Origin: an uncultured Thermoleophilia bacterium
Lineage (GTDB): Bacteria; Actinomycetota; Thermoleophilia; UBA2241
Direction of reading: 5' to 3'
DNA length: 64,000 nt
NCBI GenBank assembly: GCA_963715985.1
Contig: CAVQSP010000011.1
Coordinates: forward strand, 1 to 64,000
Part shown: one piece after another, positions 31,776-41,839 of the stretch
Layout of the letters: each line of letters starts with the position of its first letter
Numbering within the stretch: position 1 is the first letter of the stretch
Translations under genes and position numbers: made by a program
The notes under the pieces: generated by a model
The model's input: the letters and a program-made list of their open reading frames with translations, nothing else
Database searches by the model: none
Told to the model about the DNA's origin: nothing

Positions 31776-32556
31776 TCAGAGGAGGCCGCGCACGGCGTCG
31801 GCCACGCGGCGCGCCACCAGCCCGTATCCCGCCGGCGTCAGGTGCACCGTGTCGCGGTAGTAGGCCGTGTCGAGCTCGGCGCCGTCGGGCCCCACCGTGG
31901 GATCGGCGGCCACGTCTGCGAGCGCGTCGGCGAAGCCGGGCCAGCCGGCGCGGAGCCGCTCGTTGAGGTCGCTCCGCGCCGCGTCGAACGCGGCCGACCC
32001 CTCGCGCGGCAGCACCGTGCAGACCACGACCTGGAAGCCCGCCCGGCGTCGTGCCCGGCAGTACCGAGCCAGGTTCCGGTAGGCCTCAGCGGCGTCGAGT
32101 GGCGGCGAGGTGCCGTAGGCGAGGTCGTTGGTGCCCTCCCACACCACGAGGATGTCGTGCGCACGCCGCGGCGAGGCGAGCGGATCGACCTGGTCGGCGG
32201 CGTCCGCCGCCATCATGCCGGTGGTCTGCCCGGGGACGCCGAGATTCAGCATCTCGAGCCCGCCAGGCAGCAGGGCCATCGTCTGGTCCGGCATCATGTC
32301 CGCGACGGCAAGACCCGAGTCGTACACCAGAGAGCAGCCGTCGAAGACGATCAGGCCGCGGTCGGCGCCTGGCGCGGCCGTCGTCGCTGTGCCCGGCGAG
32401 GTGGGGCCGGGACTGGTGGGCGCGGGCGAAGCGGCTTGAGGGCCGCACGCGGCGAGGGTCACCGCCGCGGCGATCACGCGCCAGAAGCGCGAGCGTACGA
32501 GCGGCGCCGGCGCGTGCCGCGCCCGGCCACCGGTTGGCGCGGGCCGCGAGCGTCAT
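31776..32556 (-). CDS. SGNH/GDSL hydrolase lipoprotein (frameshift near 32480)
   Basis: FDGCSL, GTND, DTVH, LAAC. Confidence 0.75.
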
Positions 32557-32632
32557 GGGCGCCGCCCCGGACGGTCGCCGCAGGAGCGGTGGGCGCGGCG
32601 CGACGGCGTCGTGCCGCCGCGCCCGCCGAGCG

Positions 32633-33078
32633 TCACTGGACGGCGTCCGCCGCCTCCTGGGCGCCCTGCGTCTCCATCGTCAGCTTGGCGTCGGAGGTGT
32701 CTGAAGGTGGCCACTCCGTGTAGTTCTGCGCGACGTCGTTGACGGCCCACACCATGCCGCCGGCGTCGAGGTACTGGGTAGCCCACACGCCGACCTGCTC
32801 GCCCTCGGGGCCAGTGAACTTCATCGCCACGAAGTAGTAGTCGGGAGATTCCTTGGACTGCACTGCCGCAGCCTTGACGAGCGTCATGGTGCCGGCGTCG
32901 AACTCGCCCTTGATGATGGCGCGCTCATGGCCTTGGAGACCGCCAGCGGAATGCCGGGAGCAGCGGAACGTCGGGGCACGCCGAGGACGAGCCGGACGAC
33001 CCGCAGCCGGCGAGCAGGACGAGGACGGCGACGAACAGCGCGGTGCATGCGAGCGCGCGGGCAGAGCGGGAGGTCATG
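32633..33078 (-). CDS. Hypothetical lipoprotein (frameshifted)
   Basis: LAGC lipobox in N-terminal frame; C-terminal ORF 32633..32887. Confidence 0.55.
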
Positions 33079-33207
33079 CGGTGAGGTCCTTCCGATCGGG
33101 GAGCGGAGAAACCGGCCGGACGACCGGCCGGCGCAAGGAGAGCGGCACCGCCGGCGGCCGGCGCCGCCTTGAGCGACGCCGGCGCCGCGGATCCGCGGCC
33201 GAGTGAA

Positions 33208-33510
33208 TCAGCGCGGGCGACGCCCGCCCTTCTCGATGCCCTTGGCCTCGGAGACGTAGGGCAGAAGCGCCATCTCGCGGGCGCGCTTGATGGCCGTGGC
33301 CAGCTGGCGCTGGTGGCGGCGGCACGTGCCCGTGACGCGCGGCGACTTGATCTTGCCGCGGTCGCTGACGAAGCGCCGCAGGCCGGTGGCGTCCTTGTAA
33401 TCGACCTCGTCGATCTTCTCTTTGCAGAAGTGACAGAAGCGGCGGCGCGAGGGATCGAAGGGCCTGCCCCGCTTCTTGTCGGTCCGCGTCCTGGTCTTGG
33501 TCGCTGGCAT
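33208..33510 (-). CDS. rpsR: 30S ribosomal protein S18 (stand-alone, Cys-containing)
   Basis: RRRFCHFC...[41 protein letters not shown]. Confidence 0.96.
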   Translation of the reverse strand: MPATKTRTRTDKKRGRPFDPSRRRFCHFCKEKIDEVDYKDATGLRRFVSDRGKIKSPRVTGTCRRHQRQLATAIKRAREMALLPYVSEAKGIEKGGRRPR

Positions 33511-33717
33511 GTACGTTCCTTTCCCGGCCGCCCCGCCCGGGCGCGACCTGTGCACTGAACCGTAGATGATGCCGGGATATACGCCTCCGGTGCAAGCCGG
33601 AGTGCCGCGGCGAGTCGCAACAGAGGGGCGGGCGGCGGGCCGTGCCGGCCCGCCGCCCGCCCCTCGACCTCCCGCGGACCGCCGTCCGCGACAGGCCCGG
33701 TGACACGGGTCAGCGCG

Positions 33718-34382
33718 TCACTTCACGCGGAAGGCGCGCGTCGGGGACTTGGAACCCTGGTAGTCGTCGGTGGCCACGATGGTCGCGGTCATGCGGTAGC
33801 TGCCCTTCTTGGCGGGCTTGTATGAGAAGCTTGTGCTGCCGAGGTTGTTGAGCGGTGGCCGCGCCGGCCTTGGCCGTCTTCCACGCCTGTCCGACCTTCA
33901 TCTCAGCCTTGAGCGCGACCCAGCCGACGGCTTGTCTGCCGGCGTGACCGTGCCCGAGGCCGTGACGGTCTTCTTGATCTTGAAGATGTCGGCGCGACGT
34001 TCGAGGGAGACGGCTGTGGCTGCGGGGGCGACGTACGCCGTGACAGCCGTCGGTGGTGCCGCAGTTTCGCGGCACGCGGCGCTGGCCGCGAGATGGGGCT
34101 CGCACCGTGGCAGCTCGCGCATGCGCTCGGCAATGGCGGCGTGCGGTTTCTCGGTGGCACACGTTGCACGCCTGTGAGGACGTGGTGCGAGTCGGTCACG
34201 GCCGTCATGATTGGCGTGCGTAGCTGTCTGGGCCCGATGGCAGTAGCGCAGCCGTGTTGAACGTCTGCAGGGCGAGCGCCTGCTGCGCGGCGATGCCGAA
34301 CACGGCGACCAGCGCCAGAGCCAGGAGCAGCACGACCAGTGCGCGGCTGCGTCCCCGTATCCTTGGCAGTCTCTCGATGCAT
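33718..34382 (-). CDS. Secreted multiheme c-type cytochrome-like protein with Ig-like C-terminus (heavily frameshifted)
   Basis: Hydrophobic leader; CNVCH at 34168..34154 and CASCH at 34121..34107 in different frames, plus CGTTDGCH. Confidence 0.5.
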
Positions 34383-34502
34383 GGGACCTCCTTGGTTCGC
34401 TTTCACAAAGGGTCTTGTTGGACAGTGTGGCGGCTCACGTGAGCCGGCGCAACCGACACTCGCCGTCTGACGCGAGACCAGAGTATCAGGGAGACGGCCG
34501 GA

Positions 34503-35441
34503 TCAGTTCGGGTTCGGCCGTCCGCCATGGCCCCCGCCGGAGCCCGGCCGGACCAGCGGGCCGTAGGCGCCGGGGCGCCGCCAGGGGCCGCCCCACACCT
34601 CACGGCGGCGCCACTCCCGCAGCGCCGCGAGGTCGAGGCGGGCCACCAGGACGTCCTCCCCGGCGCCCGCCTCGACGATGCACGTGTCGCGGCTGACGCC
34701 CGCCCCATCGAACGCGATGGGGTCGTAGACCACGGAGTGGCCGTTCTGCGCGGGAGCAGGGTAATTGGCCAGGGCCACCGCCACCATGTTCTCGAAGGCT
34801 CGCGCCCGCAGCTGGCCGAGCCTGTTGCTCTCCATCTCGCAGGCATTGGGCACGAGCACGAGCTCGGCGCCTTCGAGCGCGAGCACTCGCGCCGCCTCGG
34901 GGAACTCGCGGTCGAAGCAGATCATCGCGCCGACGGCGACGCTTCCGGCGGCCGTCTCCAGCGGCGCGACCACGAACCGGTCCCCGGGCTCCAGCATGGC
35001 CTCCGGGCTGTCGAAGCCGCAGGTGTGCACCTTCGCGTAAGTGAGCACCTCGCGGCCGCGCCGGTCGAAGAGGGTGAGCGTGTTGCGCGGAGCGCCGTCA
35101 CGGCGTTCGAGGTACGTGACGGCGATGGCCATCTGCAGCTCGGCGGCCAGGGCGGCGAAACTCCGCACGAAGCTCCCGTCACGAGGCACCGCCTGCGCCC
35201 GCCAGCGCTCGATGTCGCCGTCTTCGAAGGCGTAGCCGACGTTCCACAGCTCGGGGAAGAGGGCGATGTCGGCGCCCTGGGAGGCGGCGCGACGGCAGGC
35301 GGCGACGCCGCTCTCCAGGTTCGCCGCCTGGTCGTAGCCCGCCGCCGCGATCTGCAGCAGCGCGATGGCCAGCAGCTCTCCGGAGGCTGGGGTACCCGCG
35401 ATACCCGACCCGGCCGAAGGCTCCGGCACAGACACGTCCAT
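34503..35441 (-). CDS. Carbon-nitrogen hydrolase (nitrilase superfamily)
   Basis: LFPELW, YAKVH, ICFDREFPE (E-K-C triad). Confidence 0.92.
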   Translation of the reverse strand: MDVSVPEPSAGSGIAGTPASGELLAIALLQIAAAGYDQAANLESGVAACRRAASQGADIALFPELWNVGYAFEDGDIERWRAQAVPRDGSFVRSFAALAAELQMAIAVTYLERRDGAPRNTLTLFDRRGREVLTYAKVHTCGFDSPEAMLEPGDRFVVAPLETAAGSVAVGAMICFDREFPEAARVLALEGAELVLVPNACEMESNRLGQLRARAFENMVAVALANYPAPAQNGHSVVYDPIAFDGAGVSRDTCIVEAGAGEDVLVARLDLAALREWRRREVWGGPWRRPGAYGPLVRPGSGGGHGGRPNPN

Positions 35442-35442
35442 T

Positions 35443-36240
35443 TCAGCCCCCGGCCGAGCGCGTGCGCCACGACCGTGGTCGCCTGGCCCGGCTCCAGCAC
35501 GCGCACGTCCACGCCGGGCGCCAGATGGGCCGCGTACCGCACGAAGGCGCGCGGCCACTCGCCGAACTTCGCGTTGATGGCCGGCGGCAGCCAGGGCGCG
35601 TACATCGTCCCCCAGTGGATGGGCACCGCCACCGCCGGCCGCAGCAGGCCGAGCGCCTTGGCCGCCGTGAGCGGGTTCAGGTGGTCGTCGGGCAGGCGCG
35701 GGCCCCAGCCGCCGACGGGCAGCAGGGCGACGTCCAGGCCGACGGCCAGATCCCTCCATCTCGTCGAACAGACCCGTGTCGCCGGCGAAGTACGCCGAGA
35801 GACTCCCCCGCACGATGAATCCGAGCGGGTCTCCCTCCGTCGCGAACGGATGACGCGTACCGCCGTGCCGAGCCGGCGTGGCCGTCGACGCTCACCCCGG
35901 CCAGGTCGCGGCTCTGCCCCGCCTCCATCTCCGTGACGTCCACGAAGCCGAGGCGCCGCAGGAGCCGCTCCGTCGCCGGCGGCGCCAGCACCGGCGTCGT
36001 CTTGGCCACGAGCCGCAGCGAGGGCACATCCAGGTGGTCGATGTGGGCGTGCGAGATGACGACGGCGTCGAGGTCCCGGTAGACGCCGACGGGGGGCGCA
36101 GGTCCCTTGCGTATCAGCGGGCCGGCACGGCGGCGCAGCAGGGGATCTGTGAGCACGCGCCGCCCGTCCATCTCGAGCAGCACGGTGGAGTGGCCTACGA
36201 AGGTCAGGGTGAGGGTCGGTGCACTCGCGTCCGCGCTCAT
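35443..36240 (-). CDS. MBL-fold metallo-hydrolase (frameshifted)
   Basis: GHST, LTDP, SHAHIDHLD, FAGDT, PIHWGT. Confidence 0.85.
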
Positions 36241-36376
36241 GGCGTCACCTTACCCCTCAGGGCGCCTTGAGACGCGGCGTGTGGCAAGAGAGCGCCACGG
36301 GTCCCACGCTCGCTGCCGCGGCGGATTCGATAGAATCCTCCGCAGCGGATCCCCAACCCCCTGAAGGAGACCTTCC

Positions 36377-37658
36377 ATGGCGTACGCAGAGGATTTCGAG
36401 AATGCCCTCCAGGTGGGCCGTCCTCCCAACATCAAGTCCCTGTTCCCGAACTCCAAGGCGCTGATCGTCAGCGGCAAGGTCGTCGACAGGGCGATGCGGG
36501 CGAAGGGCAAGGCCGTCGCGATGGCCGCGAACGGGCGCAACTCCTTCGTCATCCGGGGGGCGCTCCGGGCCGCCCAGCGGGCCAACGCCGCCATCATCAT
36601 CGAGATCGCCAAGTCCGAAGGCGGGCAGAAGGCCTACTGCGCGGTCAACTACTGGAACATGGCGCGCATCGTCGACGCCCTCTGCAACGAGATGGGCATC
36701 ACGATCCCCGTCGCCATCCACGCCGACCACTACGGGATGAAGAACGACAAGGACCTCGCGCAAGCGTTGGTCGAGATCCCCACCATGTTCGAGGCGGGCA
36801 TCACGTCCATCGCCATCGATGCTTCGCACCAGCCCAACGACCAGAACCTTCTGGCCAACCTCGCCGTCAACTCGAAGATCCCGGCATGGGCCGGGCTGGA
36901 GACCGAGATCGGCGAGATCAAGGGCTCCACCGGGCTCTCCACGCCGGATGAGGCCCTGTTCCTCATCCAGGGGCTCAACGCGCACGACATCTTCGCCGAC
37001 TGGATCGCCCTGAACAACGGCACCACGCACGGGATCGAGGCGTCCGACGCCGGCATCCAGGTCGGGCTGACCGCCAAGGTCCACGAGGCCCTCGCGCCCT
37101 ACAACGTCAGCGGCGCCCAGCACGGCACGTCGGGCAACAGCTCTGAACGCCTCCGCGAGATCGCGAACAAGACCCACACCACCAAGGCCAACGTGGCCAC
37201 CGCCCTCCAGATGATCTCCTGGGGGCTCGAGGTGAACGACTACGGCAACGCGCAGCTCGACGCCGACGGCAACTTCATCAAGGTCGAGGGCGAGGGCGTG
37301 ACCGAGGAGATGTGGGCCGAGGTGGTCGCCTACGCCGACGACAAGGGCTGGAAGAAGGGCGACTACAAGAACCTCAACCTCCCGTTCGAGAGCAAGTTCC
37401 TCGCCCAGCCCGCGGAGATCCGCGAGCGGATGTCCCAGCGGGTCGAGGACTTCGTCTACAAGATGCTGACCGAGGTCCTCAACACGGCGGACACGGCGCC
37501 CCTCGCCGTCGAGGCGATCCTCGCCGCCGGGTCCTACGACCTCGGGGCCAAAGGTGGGACGCCTCGAGGATCCCGCCGACTGGACCGACGCGAAGATCGT
37601 CGAGCGCGCGAAGACCCTGGATCACGACAAGGGCGAGGCGGGCAACTTCGACGACTAA
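36377..37658 (+). CDS. fba: Class II fructose-bisphosphate aldolase (frameshift near 37560)
   Basis: HADH, IDAS, ETEIGEI, NNGTTHG, AQHGTSG, KANVAT; likely true C-terminus ...GNFDD*. Confidence 0.9.
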
Positions 37659-37871
37659 TGCCCGTAGACGGCGGAGCCGCCGTAGCGCTATTGAGCGGCT
37701 CGCGGCCCGTCAGGGCTCCGCGCGAGACGGATTGACCCACGGAAGAGGGGTCAACGTGGGGGGCGCCGTAAGGCGCACCGCACACTGAACGACGGCTTCC
37801 CCCACAAGAGTGACCTACGGGGCCCGATGCACCTGGCGAGCATCGGGCCCCGTCGCCTTCTCCGGCCGGCC

Positions 37872-37934
37872 TTGACCCCGCGCCACCGCGCCGGTATCGT
37901 CCCGACGACGAGTGTTAGTTATGTGAGTAACTAA
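37872..37934 (+). promoter_or_regulatory. Sigma70-type promoter (TTGACC-17-TATCGT) with operator GTTAGTTATGTGAGTAACTAA
   Basis: Operator 37914..37934 is 20/21 identical to 41786..41806. Confidence 0.75.
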
Positions 37935-37968
37935 ATCCCCGCCGCGCCGCGGGGGGACCGGAGGGGCC

Positions 37969-39360
37969 ATGGCATCGCGTATCCCGACGAGACTCGGCGA
38001 CGGTTCGCTGGTCGAGATGACCCGGGCGGAGATCGAGGCGGACCTCAACGCCGGCTCGGAGGTCGCCGTCAAACGGGCCAAGGTCGAGCCTCTTCCCCAG
38101 GACGACATCGACCACCTGCTCGACATCTTCACCTCCCCGGCCAAGTTCAGCGCCGTGGACTACGGCGACGAGGTGGTCCTCAGCTTCGACGGCTCCGGCA
38201 ACGCGGACATCGGCGCGCCGGTGCTCGAGCAGATCGTCTACCAGAACCACCACGGCGCCGACATGATCGAGCTCTGGCACCACGACTACTCGTACAAGGC
38301 CGTGCGCACCGTGCTCTCCTTCCAGACGCAGCTGCTCAAGGACGCGCAGCAGCAGACCGTGATCCCTCTCAACTACGGGGCGATGCCGGACCTGGGCCGC
38401 TACTCCATGCCGGACGGCCCGGCGAGGAACTGGTCGGAGCTGCTGCCGCTGGGCAAGGTCGACGAGGCCCGCGAGGCCCAGCTGGAGGCCGTGGAGCACC
38501 TCGAGAAGGACATGTGGTACGTGATCGAGGCCATGGTGGCGGCCGGCGTGGACGGCATCGACTTCGACACCGCCGGCGCCGCCGGGGACGCCGACCTGCT
38601 GGCCACGCTGCGCACGGCGCGCAAGCTGCGCGACACGTGGCCGGACATCGGCGTCGAGATCGGCCAGGCCTCCGAGCTCGTGCTCGGCATGCACGGGCAG
38701 CTCGAGTACGAGGGTACCCGGCTGGCCGGCCAGTGGCCGCTCGGCCAGCTCCGCGCCTGCACGGCCGCCGGCGCCACCATCTTCGGGCCGGCGGTGAACG
38801 TGAACACCACCAAGTCGCTGGCCTGGAACACCGCCCGCGCCTGTGCCCTGGTGAAGCCCGTCACCGCCGAGGCCAGCATCCCCGTGCACATGAACGCGGG
38901 CATGGGCGTCGGCGGCGTGCCCATGACCCCGTATCCGCCGGTGGACGCCACGTCGCGCGCCTCACGCGCGCTCGTCGACATCTGCAAGATCGACGGCTTG
39001 TAGGTCGGGGTCGGGGATCCCCTCGGGATGGCCTCGACACACGCGCTCGCCTCGGGCATGGGCGGGATGCGGACCGCCGGAGATCTGGTGGCCCGCATGC
39101 AGATGACCCGAGGCCTACGCCTTCCGCAGGCCAAGCAGTACGTGGCGGACAAGCTCGGCTGCTCCGTCGCCGACCTCGGCGACACCGTGGCGATGCACGA
39201 CATCCGCCGCGACCTCGGTCTCGGCCGCATCCAGGTGCAGGACCTCACCTACGCCGACCATCCGGGGGCCATGGAGGCCAAGTTCCACGTCGCCGAGGTG
39301 CTGGACATCCCCATCAACTCGGTGGAGCGCTTCAAGGCGCACGCCGGACTCGTGCTCATG
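37969..39360 (+). CDS. mtbB: Dimethylamine:corrinoid methyltransferase MtbB paralog 1; in-frame TAG at 39001..39003 (predicted Pyl345); reads in frame into the downstream MttB homolog
   Basis: TRLGDG, DYSYK, YGAMPDLG, FDTAGAAGDAD, E.VLGMHG, GMGVGGVPM, then DGL*VGVGDPLGM..HALASGMGG.R.AGDLVARMQ continuing MtbB homology after the amber. Confidence 0.92.
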
Positions 39361-40830
39361 AGCCCCTCACAGCTCGACCTGACGAGCCGCCAGCCGCTCC
39401 TGCCGCTGGGCTCGGACTTCCGCGTCACCTTCTACGACGCCGCCAAGCTGGAGCGTTACCGCGAGGCGGTCCTCGCGGTGCTGGAGCGCACCGGGGTGAA
39501 GTTCGGTTCACCCAAGGCGCTCGCGGTCCTCGAGGAGCACGGCGCCAACGTCGACCGCGCGTCCGGCGTCGTGCGCTTCCCGCCCGACCTCGTCGCGCGC
39601 GCTCTCGCGAGCGCCCCGCGCACCTTCTGGCTGGGCTCGCGCGACGGCACCCTCGACCTGGACCTCGCGAGCGGCGACACCTTCAACACGACGAACGGCT
39701 GCGGCACCGAGGTCGTGGACTGGCACACGGGCGAGCGACGCGCGCCGACCAAAGACGACCTCGCGGCCATCACGCGGATGATCGACTATCTGGGCTCCGT
39801 CCAGTTCTGGTGGCCCAACGTGGCCGCGGCGGACTGCGGCGACACCCACACCCTGCACGAGCTGGACGCCGCCTGGAACAACACGGCCAAGCACCTGCAG
39901 GGCATGGTGCAGGGCGAGCGCGAGGCCAGGTACGCGGTGGAGATGGCGATGGTGATCGCCGGCGGCGCGGAGCAGCTTCGCCGCCGTCCCCCGATGAGCA
40001 ACCTCATCGGCACGGTGCAGCCGCTCATCAACGACAAGGACGGCATCGAGGCGGCGCTGGTGTTCGCGGAGGCCGGCGTGCCCGTGTGTTTCGTCACGAT
40101 GCCCACGTATGGCACGACGGCGCCGGCAACGAAGGCCGGCGCCTACGTGATGGGCTTCGCCGAGCTCATCAGCGCCGCGGTGTGCGTACAGCTGGCGCAC
40201 CCCGGCGCCCCGGTGATCCTGTTCCCCCTGCCGGTGCACGCCGACCCGCGCACGGCGGCGCTCACGACGGCGCCGCTGAACCACCGCGGCCTCTTCCTGC
40301 CCGGCGAGCTGGTACACCACTTCGGCCTTCCGGCGATGACCGGGTACGCCGGCACCGACGACGACCTGCCGGGCACATGGCTGGCGGCCGCGGAGACGGC
40401 GCACACGGTGATGCTCGCCGGCATCGTGGGCTCGGAGCTGATGACCACCATCGGCCTCACCAACCGCTACCAGCTGTTCACGCCCGAGCACATGATGCTC
40501 GACGACGACCTCTACCGCCGCGCCGCCAACGCCTTCCGCGACCTCGAGCTCGACGAGGAGACGCTGGCTCTGGACGTCATCGACGCCGTCGGTCCGGGAG
40601 GTCACTTCCTCGGCCAGCCGCACACGCGCCGCCACATGAAGGAGACGGTGGAGCGCTCCATCGGCCAGGAGATCGGCCCGGACGGCACGCACCTGAGGAA
40701 CGCCGTGGAGGTCGCGCGCGAGCGCGGCCTCGACATCCTCGAGCACTACGTGCCGGAGCCGCTCGACGAAGCCAAAGCGGCGGAGCTGGCGCGCGTCATC
40801 GCCGCCGCCGACGCCGAGCTGCTCGGGTAG
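39358..40830 (+). CDS. MttB-superfamily methyltransferase without Pyl (in frame with mtbB1)
   Basis: LE.TGV, GTTAP.T.AG, HPGAP, LALDVI..VGPGGHFL..PHT; no internal TAG. Confidence 0.88.
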   Translation: MSPSQLDLTSRQPLLPLGSDFRVTFYDAAKLERYREAVLAVLERTGVKFGSPKALAVLEEHGANVDRASGVVRFPPDLVARALASAPRTFWLGSRDGTLDLDLASGDTFNTTNGCGTEVVDWHTGERRAPTKDDLAAITRMIDYLGSVQFWWPNVAAADCGDTHTLHELDAAWNNTAKHLQGMVQGEREARYAVEMAMVIAGGAEQLRRRPPMSNLIGTVQPLINDKDGIEAALVFAEAGVPVCFVTMPTYGTTAPATKAGAYVMGFAELISAAVCVQLAHPGAPVILFPLPVHADPRTAALTTAPLNHRGLFLPGELVHHFGLPAMTGYAGTDDDLPGTWLAAAETAHTVMLAGIVGSELMTTIGLTNRYQLFTPEHMMLDDDLYRRAANAFRDLELDEETLALDVIDAVGPGGHFLGQPHTRRHMKETVERSIGQEIGPDGTHLRNAVEVARERGLDILEHYVPEPLDEAKAAELARVIAAADAELLG

Positions 40831-41053
40831 GCCCGGCCGGGGCGACCGCCAGGAGCGGTCCGCCGCCGCGCTCGGCAGCGCTGCAGGGCGGCGTTCGGTG
40901 TCGCGGCGGTCCCCGTACCCCGACACCGGTGGCAGCGAACGGCGCTTCGGCCGTGATAGCCCGGAAGCCATCGCGGCCGAGTCGTGAGAAGGGGTCTCCA
41001 CACGAGCGCACCGCCGACGGCCCGGCAGAGGGACGGCTCAGCCCGAAACGCGC

Positions 41054-41704
41054 TCAGCCGTCGTCAGGCGAAGGCTCAGCAGCCTCCTGCTGTGAGGCGC
41101 CGCACTCGTCGCGGCCCAGCACGAGGCGCCGCCAGAGCTCGAACGCGGGGGTCAAGTCGAGGTCCGGGTCGGAGAGGGCCTGGAGCGCAAGGCCGTCGGT
41201 CATCGCGACCGTGAGCACGGCCAGCGGCTCGCTCTGGGCCTGGTGCACGCTCTCGCCTGCGTCGTCCAGGGCCCATGTGTCCAGGCGCCGGTACCACTCG
41301 AAGAGTTGGCGCAGGTGGGGCTCCAGCTGCTCGTCGCGCAGCACGTGCGGGATGATGTCGTAGAACATCTTGTACGAATCCCGGTCCACCGACATCTCCT
41401 GGTGGATGCGGAGCAGCGTCTCTCGCCGTTCCTCCCCGCCGGGGACGGCGGTCAGCTGTTCGATGAGGTCCACAGCCTCCTGGTAGAGCACCGAGTCCAC
41501 CAGCGCCGTCAGCAGACCGGCCTTGCTCCCGAAGTGGTAACGGATCAGAGCCGGGTTCTCGCCGGCCTCGCGAGCGATGGTCTCGAAGGTGAGGGCGCGG
41601 AACCCGTCGCGATAGAGGACGCGCTTGGCCGCCTCGAGGATGCGCAGGGCGGTCGGCGACAGGTCCGGCGTTGGATCGTCTATCGGCAGCTCGTACTTGG
41701 CCAT
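41054..41704 (-). CDS. TetR/AcrR-family regulator, divergent from mtbB2; paralog of 22607..23362
   Basis: DLSPT..RILEAA.RVL...EAG...LIRYHFGSKAGL, DGLA.Q.L.DP. Confidence 0.92.
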   Translation of the reverse strand: MAKYELPIDDPTPDLSPTALRILEAAKRVLYRDGFRALTFETIAREAGENPALIRYHFGSKAGLLTALVDSVLYQEAVDLIEQLTAVPGGEERRETLLRIHQEMSVDRDSYKMFYDIIPHVLRDEQLEPHLRQLFEWYRRLDTWALDDAGESVHQAQSEPLAVLTVAMTDGLALQALSDPDLDLTPAFELWRRLVLGRDECGASQQEAAEPSPDDG

Positions 41705-41748
41705 GATGCTCGTCTCCCCCTCTTGTCCGGCACCGCTCTCGTCCCGCC

Positions 41749-41806
41749 TTGACAGCGTCACGCCGTCTGCTAGTGTACCGCATCAGTTAGTTATGTGACT
41801 AACTAA
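41749..41806 (+). promoter_or_regulatory. Sigma70-type promoter (TTGACA-16-TAGTGT, extended -10) with operator GTTAGTTATGTGACTAACTAA
   Basis: Operator at 41786..41806. Confidence 0.75.
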
Positions 41807-41839
41807 TCCTTCTCCACAGGTCGATCCGGGGGTGTCAAC

